A DNA stretch of 62,582 nucleotides, filler included. It is 7 parts of 7 records of this genome, joined end to end, with 100 filler letters (N's around TTAATTAATTAA, not from the genome) between each part and the next. Parts side by side here need not be neighbours in the genome. Positions count along the whole stretch, not along the records: positions 1 to 6,494 come from SRR31156797_11613; positions 6,595 to 16,558 come from SRR31156797_11631; 5 more parts are not named here. The stretch is one strand, 5' to 3'. Below, piece by piece: positions 1 to 9,168 of this stretch. The number at the start of each line of letters is the position of its first letter. The stretch's first letter is position 1. The notes beneath the pieces were generated by a model that was given only the letters and a program-made list of their open reading frames with translations, was not told the origin of the DNA and did not search any database. The translations under genes and the position numbers were made by a program.

Positions 1-343
1 TGCCTGCCGCGCTAGCGGCTTCGTCCAACTTTTGTTTTTGTTAGAATAGGGAAGGATGGAGAATATGTTTATTTGTTGTAGAAAGAGAGACAGAAATTTC
101 CAAGTCCTATGGAGGATGATTCACGCCGCGTAAAATTGTTTCGTATCTTCATTTTCTGATGGATATTAAAAAAATTCTTGAATCTCTGAATCCATACATA
201 CTATTATCTCTCCGTCCGAAAAAATTATGTTGCTGAAATCCGTATAAAATAACCTCAACAGAGGCTGAAAATGGATATCAACCATCACAACCCTATATTC
301 TTGAATCAGGATATGGGGTTTTTTGTTTTATCCGGAGGGTGAT

Positions 344-616
344 TTGTCAAAGGAAGTGGATACCACGGCCATATTAGAACACATCGCGACATTGGAAGAC
401 GCCAATGAACGCCTGGTCAAAAATCTTCTGGAACACATTTCGACCTTGGAAGGCGTAAACGATCGGTTGGTAACGACCCTGAGATTCTGCATCAAGCTCC
501 TGACGGAATTCAAGGCCCAGGTCCCCAACCCCGAGCAGTGGCAAGAGATGTTGAACGTATTCGAATTAACCTTGCATGAGGCAGAGACGGCCCGTGAAAG
601 GAAGACGTTTCATTGA
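344..616 (+). CDS. Hypothetical coiled-coil protein with an 18-aa internal tandem duplication
   Basis: GGAGG at 334-338 precedes an in-frame TTG at 344. The translation repeats ILEHIATLEDANERLVKN / LLEHISTLEGVNDRLVTT. Confidence 0.6.
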   Translation: MSKEVDTTAILEHIATLEDANERLVKNLLEHISTLEGVNDRLVTTLRFCIKLLTEFKAQVPNPEQWQEMLNVFELTLHEAETARERKTFH

Positions 617-760
617 GGATGGGGCTTCTATGGAAACCAATTGCCAAACGCTCATTTCTCAGGGTCGCCCTGTTGTCGGTATTCCTTTCCGGAGTGGGTT
701 GTTTCGTTTTTCAAGTCCAAAATCGTTCACTGTAAACGGACACCTGGAAGCCAATTTTTC

Positions 761-781
761 TTGACAAAATGGTTTTTGTCA
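761..781 (+). promoter_or_regulatory. -35 TTGACA overlapped by a palindromic operator TGACAAAA-N4-TTTTGTCA
   Basis: Perfect 8-bp dyad at 762-781. The downstream AGGAGG plus ATG at 844 opens only an 11-codon ORF, consistent with a decayed gene. Confidence 0.4.
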
Positions 782-1338
782 TTACTTTTAACTGAATGTA
801 GGTATCCCTGCCAACCATCCAACCTCTATTCAGGAGGTTCCCTATGAAAAACATCAAAATGTATATGCCTTGCTCCTAATAGGTATAGTTCGCCTGTTGG
901 GAGCTCAAATTTTCTTCTATACAAAGCCAAATCCATCGTGAGATGAGGACGAAAAACCACGGGTATTGTTCCCTTTGACCCTCAGAGATTAAACCATGGA
1001 AAATCCTAACGCATTGTTTGTTCTGTTGACAATGACATGCTGGGGTTCCTAACCACGAACTTATACAGAACCTGACCCAGTAACACACAGAAGGAGATGT
1101 ATTATGTAGGGTAAAGTTTGATTGTATTTAATCGTGGGATCTTGGGTAGTTTTTGCCTACTGTAACTCACGCGGAGGATGCGGTTATATTTGAAAATTAT
1201 CAAGCATTTTCTATTGAATCATTCAATGTAATCAGCACCAACGCTTTTTCTGTTTAATTACCCTCTGTAAATAAAGGATTTCTGGAATTCTCTAACTCCC
1301 TCATACCTGGTTAAATTGCGGTCCGCCATTGAAGTAAT

Positions 1339-1630
1339 AAGTTATGCGGCATACCAAGAAAAAAGAAAGGAGGAGAGCCATGTTAGAAAACGTTAATTAC
1401 AATCTCATAGAGACTATCACGATAATATCAAGAAGTCTTTACCGGTATGACACATATATGAAGGACGCATCTCAATGCCCGTCTTGCGAAAATATTTGGC
1501 AAAAATTAAAGGAGGATCGCGAAAAAGAATTGTTGATGCTCCTCAAGGAATTAAAAGTCCACATCGATCTAGGCGAATTAATTTTAGAATAAATCAAGAT
1601 TCACCAGAAGTTGCGTATGCCGCATAACTT
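1339..1630. repeat. Perfect 16-bp inverted repeats flanking a small gene
   Basis: AAGTTATGCGGCATAC (1339-1354) and its reverse complement GTATGCCGCATAACTT (1615-1630). Confidence 0.8.
1380..1592 (+). CDS. Small helical protein with CxxC (possibly ferritin-like half-bundle)
   Basis: Strong AAGGAGG RBS before ATG 1380; 70 aa, NYNLIETITIISRSLYRYDTYMKDASQCPSCENIW. Confidence 0.7.
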   Translation: MLENVNYNLIETITIISRSLYRYDTYMKDASQCPSCENIWQKLKEDREKELLMLLKELKVHIDLGELILE

Positions 1631-1684
1631 CAAAGATTGCATACGGAAGACAAAACTCCCACTTTTAAAAGTAACGACAACTGC

Positions 1685-1822
1685 TATTATGTTGTGAGTT
1701 GGCTTAACCCGCCGAAAGTAATGACGAATTCGGATCGTCCTTTGGATATCCCAATTTCGATTTCAAATCAATGGGTTGCCTGAATTCTTGATTGCTCTCA
1801 AGAAAAATCTCACAACATAATA
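1685..1822. repeat. Perfect 14-bp inverted repeats
   Basis: TATTATGTTGTGAG (1685-1698) and CTCACAACATAATA (1809-1822). Confidence 0.7.
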
Positions 1823-2071
1823 ATGCCCCCCCGGAAACACCCCTCCTTGATGTGAAGCGGTCGAAGATTTTTTTAAACATTTTGATTCTCCGACGAAAAA
1901 ATAGTTGAAAATCAAATTGTTCAGAGAATTGAAGATTGATACGAAAAAGGATTGTTTAGAAATGTCAAAATATAATAAAATTCTCCCAAAGGAAAATTCT
2001 ATTTTATCTGGTGGGAATTATCGACTGAAGGTGGCTATCTTTAGTGGATTTATGAAAAACGCAGCAGGAAT

Positions 2072-2143
2072 AAAAAAGGTTCACCTTTCTGATGAAAGAT
2101 GAACCCTCTTTATGTTTATATTAGGGTAATAAAAATTTGTCAA
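2072..2143 (-). promoter_or_regulatory. Sigma70-like promoter immediately followed by a terminator-like hairpin and U-tract
   Basis: Minus strand: TTGACA (2143-2138), 17 bp, TATAAA (2120-2115), then GGTTCATCTTTC-ATCA-GAAAGGTGAACC-T6 (2105-2072). Confidence 0.5.
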
Positions 2144-2187
2144 TAAGTTTTTACGGTAGATGTTTTAATAAAAATAAATGAGCTTGC

Positions 2188-2268
2188 TTGGGCACATCTC
2201 CGTTTATTGATATCAGCCTCTCAAGAAAGTAATAATAGCGCCCAAGCCACTGTGCCCAAATTGTGCCC
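2188..2268. repeat. TGTGCCC repeats resembling integrase arm-type sites
   Basis: Direct copies at 2251-2257 and 2262-2268 and an inverted TTGGGCACA at 2188-2196, near the AT-rich to GC-richer transition. Confidence 0.35.
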
Positions 2269-2417
2269 GTCAAGGTCAAAAAATACAAACATTTCCAAAC
2301 AAAACCAAAAGTAAAAAATAAAATTCAATCTTACAATATGTTAAAATTATTGAAAATTTCTATTTTGGACTGATATCCCCTGGGCCTCTCTTTTTGATTT
2401 GCCGGGCTTTCGGATTT

Positions 2418-2936
2418 CTAAATTTCCACTTCCGAAGCCATTTTCCAATCTTTTTTGGCTAGGGCCGTCCAAAAATCCGTTTTATCGTCTTTCCAGCCCT
2501 CGCCAAACCGTTCATCGTAGTACTCGCCGACCCGTTCCATCCATGTGTTCCAGTAGTTCTGTTTTTCCCGGACCGCCAGCAGAACGTCGTTTAGATAAAC
2601 GGCGATATCCGTCATTTTTTCCTTGGGAATGAAGTAGGCCGCTCCCATCTTGTAGCTCTTGATGGTGTTTTCAGGCGTCAGCGCATGGGCTGTCAGCATA
2701 ACGGCCAATATCCCTTTTCCATACGCCATATCCAGAAGGGCGAAGCCATCCACCCCCATAATATCCAGAACCGCCATATCAAAGGGCCGGCTTTGAATCA
2801 ACTCTTTTGCTTCCTTGAAGGAACCGGCGCGCGTCAATTGACACATCCCCAAAAATTCTTCCAACGTATCCAGGACATCCGGCTCATCGTCTACAATGAG
2901 TATGGTTTTACCGTCCAGCAGGTTTTTTTCCGTCAT
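2418..2936 (-). CDS. Response regulator receiver-domain protein with a short C-terminal extension
   Basis: ILIVDDE...AVLDIMG...MLTAHA...FIPK receiver motifs. GGAGG RBS before ATG 2936. No HTH or ANTAR domain recognised. Confidence 0.85.
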   Translation of the reverse strand: MTEKNLLDGKTILIVDDEPDVLDTLEEFLGMCQLTRAGSFKEAKELIQSRPFDMAVLDIMGVDGFALLDMAYGKGILAVMLTAHALTPENTIKSYKMGAAYFIPKEKMTDIAVYLNDVLLAVREKQNYWNTWMERVGEYYDERFGEGWKDDKTDFWTALAKKDWKMASEVEI

Positions 2937-2977
2937 ATCAACCTCCCCATATGAATATCTTTTGTGGTTGCCGGCCT

Positions 2978-4186
2978 TCAGTAAATCGAATAATCGTAGT
3001 AACCGTTGGCAATACGGTACTTGGAGATCTGCTGACCGCCCAGCCATATCTGGGTGATCTTGGAATCCCTGAGATATTTTTCCAGGTGGTATTCGGGAGA
3101 AAGGCCGTTGGATCCCATGAGTTCAACGGCTTTGTTGGCAATCCACACACAGCTGTCGGCGGCATAGGAGCGAACAATGCTGGCTTTGGCAACCATCTCC
3201 TTGGTAAATGGAGGACCGTATACTTCGGGATGCTCCATCATATAGGCATAGTTGTACACGGCGCCGCGGGTCATTTCCAGTCGAACGGCCATGTCCGCCA
3301 GAATGCCGGCCACCAGGCTCCATTGCCGGACCGGTTTTCCGCCGCTTTCCCTCCCTTGGGTATAGTCCAGGATGATCTCAAATACGGCCCGGGCAATCCC
3401 TAGTGAAATAACCGATGAATGCCATTGGGTTCCGGCCATGGTGGCGTAATAAAAATGGGCATCGGGGCCCGGACCCGCCAACCGATATTCCTTGGGTACG
3501 CGCACGTTGTCATAGAAAATGCTGGCATTGACGGAGGTTTTGAATCCCATTTTGTCTTCGGGTTTCCCGAAACTGAGTCCCGGCGTATCGCTCGGCACAA
3601 AGATGAGCGCGATGCCGTCCTCACCCTGCTCATAATCGGTGTTGCATACGGTAAAATAGACACTTGCAATACCGGCGTGGGTGGGCCACGATTTGCTGCC
3701 GTTGATGACCCATTCGTCTCCATCCAGCACCGCTCTTGTTTTAATGCCCCTCCCTTTTAACAAAGGATTTTCCGTGTCCGCGCCGCCGGTGGAATCGGTC
3801 ATGGAGAGGCAGGCATAATTGATCTTGTCGCCGCAAAAGGGAGGGATGAACTTGTCCAGGACCGCCTTATTGTCGGCTACCATGGCCGCCTGAAGCACAA
3901 ATCCCGCATTGATGCCGCAACTGACGCTGATGCCGGCGTCTCCTCGGGCCAGCTCTTCACAGACGATTCCCAGGGTGGTGGGCGAACCGGGTCCGGTTCC
4001 GCCATATTCAGGGGGATATCCGGCCTTTTGAATGCCCAGGTCCACCAGTTTCTGGAAAACGGATTCAACCAGCTTCGGATCTTTTTCCAGTTCCCGTCGT
4101 ATGGGCATGATTTCGTTGTCCACAAACTTCCGCATCATATCGCGAATTGCATTCTGTTCTTCCGTAAAAGTGTCTTTTCGCAGCAT
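2978..4186 (-). CDS. Acyl-CoA dehydrogenase
   Basis: EELARGD, INGSKSWPT, KPEDKMG, AVELMGSNG and EKYLRDSKITQIW motifs. GGAGGT RBS before ATG 4186; the longer ORF start lies inside the leader terminator. Confidence 0.92.
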   Translation of the reverse strand: MLRKDTFTEEQNAIRDMMRKFVDNEIMPIRRELEKDPKLVESVFQKLVDLGIQKAGYPPEYGGTGPGSPTTLGIVCEELARGDAGISVSCGINAGFVLQAAMVADNKAVLDKFIPPFCGDKINYACLSMTDSTGGADTENPLLKGRGIKTRAVLDGDEWVINGSKSWPTHAGIASVYFTVCNTDYEQGEDGIALIFVPSDTPGLSFGKPEDKMGFKTSVNASIFYDNVRVPKEYRLAGPGPDAHFYYATMAGTQWHSSVISLGIARAVFEIILDYTQGRESGGKPVRQWSLVAGILADMAVRLEMTRGAVYNYAYMMEHPEVYGPPFTKEMVAKASIVRSYAADSCVWIANKAVELMGSNGLSPEYHLEKYLRDSKITQIWLGGQQISKYRIANGYYDYSIY

Positions 4187-4203
4187 GCCGACCTCCTGTC
4201 TCG

Positions 4204-4270
4204 AAAAAAAGCCCCTTTTCCCCATCGGAGAAAAGAGGCCCCATTACCTCATGAGTCCGTCGTCAGACTC
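4204..4270 (-). promoter_or_regulatory. ANTAR-type dual-hairpin antiterminator / intrinsic terminator (copy 1)
   Basis: P1 GAGTCT-GACGAC-GGACTC and P2 GAGGT-AATGGG-GCCTC. P2's 3' arm begins the terminator GCCTCTTTTCTCC-GAT-GGGGAAAAGGGGC-T7. Confidence 0.8.
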
Positions 4271-4293
4271 CCATTGTCATGTCAAAAATGTTT

Positions 4294-4605
4294 TCAGCCG
4301 CCGAAAACCTCTTCCCCCATGAGAATATGGAAATCGGCCACCTTGGGAACCCATTCCTGCAGAAACTGCTGAAATCCTTCGGATTGGGTGTCTTTCATCC
4401 AGGCCTCCTGGCTGGTTGTGTCTACGATCCCAACGTATTTATAGGGGATTTCCCCTTTCTTGGATGCGGTGATTTTCACCAGGGTGAATTTCTTGCAGGA
4501 AGGGAGTCCATCCAGGAAGGGCCCTTTCTTCTCTTCGCAGTATTGCTTGTATTCTTCATCGGTCACGCTCTCTTTCAGATTGTACAAAATGATTTCCTTG
4601 GCCAT
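4294..4605 (-). CDS. EthD / REDY-like (HapK-type) dimeric alpha-beta barrel protein
   Basis: 103 aa starting MAKEIILYNLKESVTDEEY; AAGGAGG RBS before ATG 4605. Family assignment is by eye. Confidence 0.65.
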   Translation of the reverse strand: MAKEIILYNLKESVTDEEYKQYCEEKKGPFLDGLPSCKKFTLVKITASKKGEIPYKYVGIVDTTSQEAWMKDTQSEGFQQFLQEWVPKVADFHILMGEEVFGG

Positions 4606-4649
4606 TTTCTCCTCCTTTGTTGGTTCCCTGGTTTCATGGGGATGGGCAC

Positions 4650-4720
4650 AAAAAAAGCCCCCACTTCCCAAATCGGGAAATGGAGGCTTCATTACCTCAT
4701 GAGTCCGCCATTAGACTCAT
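4650..4720 (-). promoter_or_regulatory. ANTAR-type dual-hairpin antiterminator / intrinsic terminator (copy 2)
   Basis: P1 GAGTCT-AATGGC-GGACTC, P2 GAGGT-AATGAA-GCCTC, terminator GCCTCCATTTCCC-GATTT-GGGAAGTGGGGGC-T7. Upstream TTGACA at 4768-4763. Confidence 0.88.
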
Positions 4721-4876
4721 TATTCACTTTTACATTAAACCTTTATTAAAAGCAGTGTTGGTTGTCAAGAAAAAATTTTGTTGTGGGTTCGGAAACCTTG
4801 TTTGAGCGAGTTAAAACAGGGCCGTGGACGACATGTTCGGAAAAATAACCCGGTTCATCCGGCAATTGATTTTTCC

Positions 4877-4905
4877 TTGACATGGGAAAAGCAAACAATT
4901 ATACA
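4877..4905 (+). promoter_or_regulatory. Sigma70-like promoter for the aldehyde dehydrogenase leader
   Basis: TTGACA (4877-4882), 17 bp, TATACA (4900-4905). Confidence 0.65.
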
Positions 4906-4919
4906 AAAAAGAAAACAAT

Positions 4920-4987
4920 ACGTAAGGATGCGTTTTGGAGGTAATGGAGCCTCCTTTGCCGGAAATGGGCAAAGGGGGCTTTTTTTT
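4920..4987 (+). promoter_or_regulatory. ANTAR-type dual-hairpin antiterminator / intrinsic terminator (copy 3)
   Basis: P1 ACGT-AAGGAT-GCGT, P2 GGAGGT-AATGGA-GCCTCC, terminator GCCTCCTTTGCC-GGAAATG-GGCAAAGGGGGC-T8. Confidence 0.88.
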
Positions 4988-5079
4988 ATGGACGGCAAAC
5001 CGGGGTAACGGCTTAAGCCGGGATGGTGTAACTATCCGGTATTTATCTAAAATTATACATTCATTAAAGGGGGTAGGTA

Positions 5080-6494
5080 ATGGCAAAACATTCCATGTAC
5101 ATTAATGGCGAGTGGGTGGATTCAGTTTCCGGAGAGACCTTTCAGGATCTGAACCCTGCTGACGGCACATTGTTCGCCGAAGTGCCCAAGGCAAATTTGG
5201 AGGATGCGGATCGGGCGCTGGAAGCGGCTTTTAACGCAAGATCCCTTTGGGCCGATACGGATCCCGGCGACAGGGCCCGTGTGTTGTATAAAGCGTCGGC
5301 CCTGTTGCTGGAACGTCAAAAGGAGATCGCCAATGTGTTGATCAATGAGAGCGGCGCCATGTTCGGAAAAGCCATGTTTGAAACCGGTTATGTGGCTGAT
5401 CTGCTGCACACCGCCGGTGAAGACTGCCGAAGGATCCTGGGCGAGACCTTTCCATCGTCCCACGGCAAGATCGGCATGACCCTCTATCGTCCACTGGGTA
5501 CGGTGGTGGCCATTTCGCCATGGAATTTTCCGCTGCTGTTGTCCTGCAATAAAGTAGCTTATGCATTGGCAGCGGGCAACACGGTGATTCTGAAACCGGC
5601 CAGTGAAACCCCGGTTGTGGGAATGAAAATCGCCGAACTGTTCGAAGCCGCCGGGTTGCCGGCAGGCGTTCTCAACGTCATCACGGGACCGGGTGGCCTG
5701 TTGGGGGACAAACTCATCGAAGATCCGCGTTCATCCTTGATTTCTTTCACGGGTGAAACCCTCACGGGCCGGAAAATCGGTGCAAAAGCCGGGGAAAACC
5801 TGAAGAAATTCACCCTTGAACTGGGCGGTAAAGATCCCATGATCATTTTGGGCGACGCGGATGTGGACTATGCCGTAAACGCCGCCGCCTTCGGCGCCTT
5901 CATGCATCAGGGCCAGATCTGTATGTCGGTGGAGCGGATTATCGTGGCCGAATCCATTGTGGAGGAATTTGCGGCCAAGCTGGCTGAAAAAGCCAAGACG
6001 CTTACCGTGGGCGATCCGACGCAGCCCACGACCATCATCGGCCCCTTGATCAATGACGCGCAGGTCCAGACGGTCCATGCGCACGTTCAGGAGGCGGCTG
6101 CCAAAGGTGCCTCCATTTTGTCGGGCGGCAAATATGATGGGCGCTTCTATGAGCCAACGGTCCTTTCCGGCGTCACCCGGGATATGCGCATATTCAAGGA
6201 GGAGACCTTTGGACCGGTGGCCCCCGTCATTGCCGTTAAGGATGAGAAGGAAGCGCTGGAGGTGGCCAACGACACCGAGTACGGCCTTTCCTCCGGAGTC
6301 ATCACCAATGACCTTCAGAAAGCGCTGTTTCTGGCGGAAAACCTGGAATCCGGCATGGTGCACATCAACGATTCCAGCCTGTACGATGATCCCTACTGTC
6401 CTTTCGGGGGTTGCAAGAACAGCGGAATCGGACGGGAAGGGGGACGTCGTTCCATGGAGGAGATGAGCGAGTTGAAGTGGGTCACCATCCATAA
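5080..6494 (+). CDS. Aldehyde dehydrogenase, benzaldehyde/vanillin-dehydrogenase-like (last codons cut by contig end)
   Basis: ISPWNFP, LKPASETP, FTGE, LELGGKDP (catalytic Glu), FMHQGQICMS (catalytic Cys) and EETFGPV motifs. Confidence 0.93.
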
Positions 6495-6594
6495 NNNNNN
6501 NNNNNNNNNNNNNNNNNNNNNNNNNNNNNNNNNNNNNNTTAATTAATTAANNNNNNNNNNNNNNNNNNNNNNNNNNNNNNNNNNNNNNNNNNNN
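6495..6594. other. Artificial contig linker
   Basis: N-run with a central TTAATTAATTAA (stops in all frames). Confidence 0.99.
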
Positions 6595-8143
6595 CATCAT
6601 CGACCAGTGCGTGGCCCAGGGCATTCCTTTTGCCAGGGACTACGGGGGACTGCTGGCCAATCGCTCCTTCGGCGGCGCCCAGGTATCCCGTACCTTTTAC
6701 GCCCGGGGTCAGACCGGCCAGCAACTGCTTCTGGGGGCTTACAGTGCTATGATGCGTCAAGTCGCCGCCGGCAAAGTGGAGATGTTCCCACGGCGCGAAA
6801 TGTTGGATGTCGTATTGGTAAACGGACACGCCAAAGGCGTCGTGGTCCGCAACATGATCGACGGGAAGATAGAACGCCACAGTGCAGATGCGGTTGTCAT
6901 GTGTACGGGCGGCTACGGCAATGTCTTCTTTCTTTCTACAAACGCGATGGCTTCCAACGTAACAGCAGCCTATCGGGCCTATAAGAAAGGTGCTTTATTT
7001 GCCAATCCCTGTTTTACCCAAATCCACCCCACCTGCATCCCGGTTCACGGCAGTTTCCAGAGCAAGCTGACGCTGATGAGCGAAAGTTTGCGCAACGACG
7101 GTCGCGTGTGGGTACCGAAAAATCCGGGCGAAACGCGAAAAGCAAACCAAATACCCGAGTCTGAAAGGGATTATTACCTGGAGAACAAGTACCCCAGCTT
7201 CGGCAACCTGGTTCCAAGGGACGTCGCATCAAGAAACGCCAAAGAGCAATGCGATCAGGGCAAAGGCGTGGGTGAAACCGGTCAGGCCGTTTACCTCGAT
7301 TTTGCCGATGCCATTCAACGGGACGGCAAGGATGTCATTGAAAAGAAATACGGCAACCTGTTTCAGATGTATGAAAAAATCACGGCGGACGATCCGTATC
7401 AAACCCCGATGATGATCTACCCGGCCATTCACTACACCATGGGCGGCCTGTGGGTGGATTACAACCTCATGAGCAACATTCCGGGTCTCTTTGTACTGGG
7501 CGAAGCCAACTTCTCCGACCACGGCGCCAACCGATTGGGAGCCAGCGCCCTCATGCAGGGTCTGGCGGACGGTTACTTCGTACTTCCCTATACCATCGGC
7601 GGCTACCTGACCGGCACAGAAAAAGCGGACGTCACGACCAACCATAAAGCGTTTGACGAATCGGAGAACCAGGTCACCGGTCGCATCGACAAACTGATGT
7701 CCATCGACGGGAAGAGGACCGTGGACGATTTCCACAAAACGCTCGGACGCATTATGTGGGAATACTGCGGCATGGCCAGGACCAACGAAGGGCTGGAGAT
7801 GGCCCGAAAGATGATCCAGGAATTGAGGGCCGAGTTCTGGGAAAATGTCCGCGTGCCGGGGGCCAAGGGCGATTTCAATCAAAGCCTGGAGCGCGCCGGA
7901 CGAGTGGCCGACTTCCTTGAATTCGGAGAACTCATGGTCATCGACGCCCTTGCACGTCAAGAATCGTGCGGCGGCCATTTCAATGAACGCTTTGAAACCG
8001 AAGAGCATGAAGCCCTCAGAGATGATGACAACTTCTGCCATGTCGCGGCATGGGAACACAAAGGGGACGGCCAGGAACCGGGTTTTCACAAAGAGCCCCT
8101 TGAATTTGAAAATGTTAAACTTACGCAAAGGAGCTACAAGTGA
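6595..8143 (+). CDS. sdhA: Succinate dehydrogenase/fumarate reductase flavoprotein subunit (5' partial)
   Basis: [32 protein letters not shown] and [11 protein letters not shown] motifs. Confidence 0.95.
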
Positions 8144-8904
8144 CAAAGACAATTAATTTGACACTGAAAGTGTGGCGCCAGAACGGCCCCAGCCACAAAG
8201 GCCGGTTCGAAACCTATCATGCCGAAAATATAACCACTGACATGTCGTTTCTGGAGATGTTGGACGTCGTGAACGAGCAATTGACCATTGACGGCAAGGA
8301 ACCCATCGCATTCGATCATGATTGTCGCGAAGGCATCTGCGGAATGTGCGGATGTGTGGTGGATGGCCGGGCCCACGGCGCCGAAAAGGGAACGACGCTT
8401 TGCCAATTGCACATGCGCCATTTTGAAAATGGCGATACCATTGCCATCGAACCGTTCAGAGCCATGGCCTTCAAAGTCATCAAGGATCTTGCCGTTGATC
8501 GAAGTGCACTGGACAAAATCATCCAGGCAGGCGGCTATGTATCCGCGAGCACCGGGGGCGCCCAGGATGCAAACGCCATCCTCGTACCACAAGAAGCGGC
8601 GGACCTGGCCATGGATGCGGCAGCGTGCATTGGCTGCGGCGCATGCGTTGCATCGTGCCCCAACGCCTCGGCCATGCTCTTTACCAGTGCAAAAATTTCA
8701 CAATTGGCCCTGTTGCCCCAAGGAAAACCCGAGGCAAAAACACGCGCTTTGAATATGGTTAAGACAATGGACCAACTGGGATTCGGCAACTGCACCAATG
8801 AAAGAGAGTGCGAAGCCGAATGCCCCAAAGAGATCTCCATCACCAACATTGCAAGGCTGAATCGAGAATTCCTTAAAGCCGGATTGGCCGACAAAGCCCT
8901 CTAA
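8140..8904 (+). CDS. sdhB: Succinate dehydrogenase/fumarate reductase Fe-S subunit
   Basis: [22 protein letters not shown] and [13 protein letters not shown] Cys motifs; GTGA overlap with sdhA. Confidence 0.95.
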   Translation: MTKTINLTLKVWRQNGPSHKGRFETYHAENITTDMSFLEMLDVVNEQLTIDGKEPIAFDHDCREGICGMCGCVVDGRAHGAEKGTTLCQLHMRHFENGDTIAIEPFRAMAFKVIKDLAVDRSALDKIIQAGGYVSASTGGAQDANAILVPQEAADLAMDAAACIGCGACVASCPNASAMLFTSAKISQLALLPQGKPEAKTRALNMVKTMDQLGFGNCTNERECEAECPKEISITNIARLNREFLKAGLADKAL

Positions 8905-9168
8905 CCCGGCTCGCCACCAATGCGAAACCACACCTTTGTGGCCGGAGGGAAGGCAATGGCAAAATGCCGTTACCCTGTTCCCTCCGGCCATTGTTATTCC
9001 CCGCCTCTCCAGAACCGATCATTAGAATCGTAAATTTTATTCATACCCCCACAAGTGAAAACAAAAGATTTTTCTACAAACTAAAGTTTCCTATTTACCT
9101 GCGGATATACCTTCCAGCAAATCATTTACATTTATTCACAACCATCTTTTAGGTAAAAGGAGAAGGCC

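Noticed and set aside
2418-2936. Receiver protein as the cognate ANTAR regulator
   Set aside because: The C-terminal extension lacks the recognisable ANTAR helical signature, so the regulator is probably encoded elsewhere.
4186-4692. ORF-track N-terminal extensions of the acyl-CoA dehydrogenase (to 4225) and the EthD-like protein (to 4692)
   Set aside because: The extensions run through terminator/antiterminator RNA. Strong RBSs support starts at 4186 and 4605.
4204-4987. The three similar leader repeats read as a CRISPR array or REP family
   Set aside because: They are not regularly spaced, lie on both strands and always sit in 5' leaders with terminators. The ANTAR architecture explains them.
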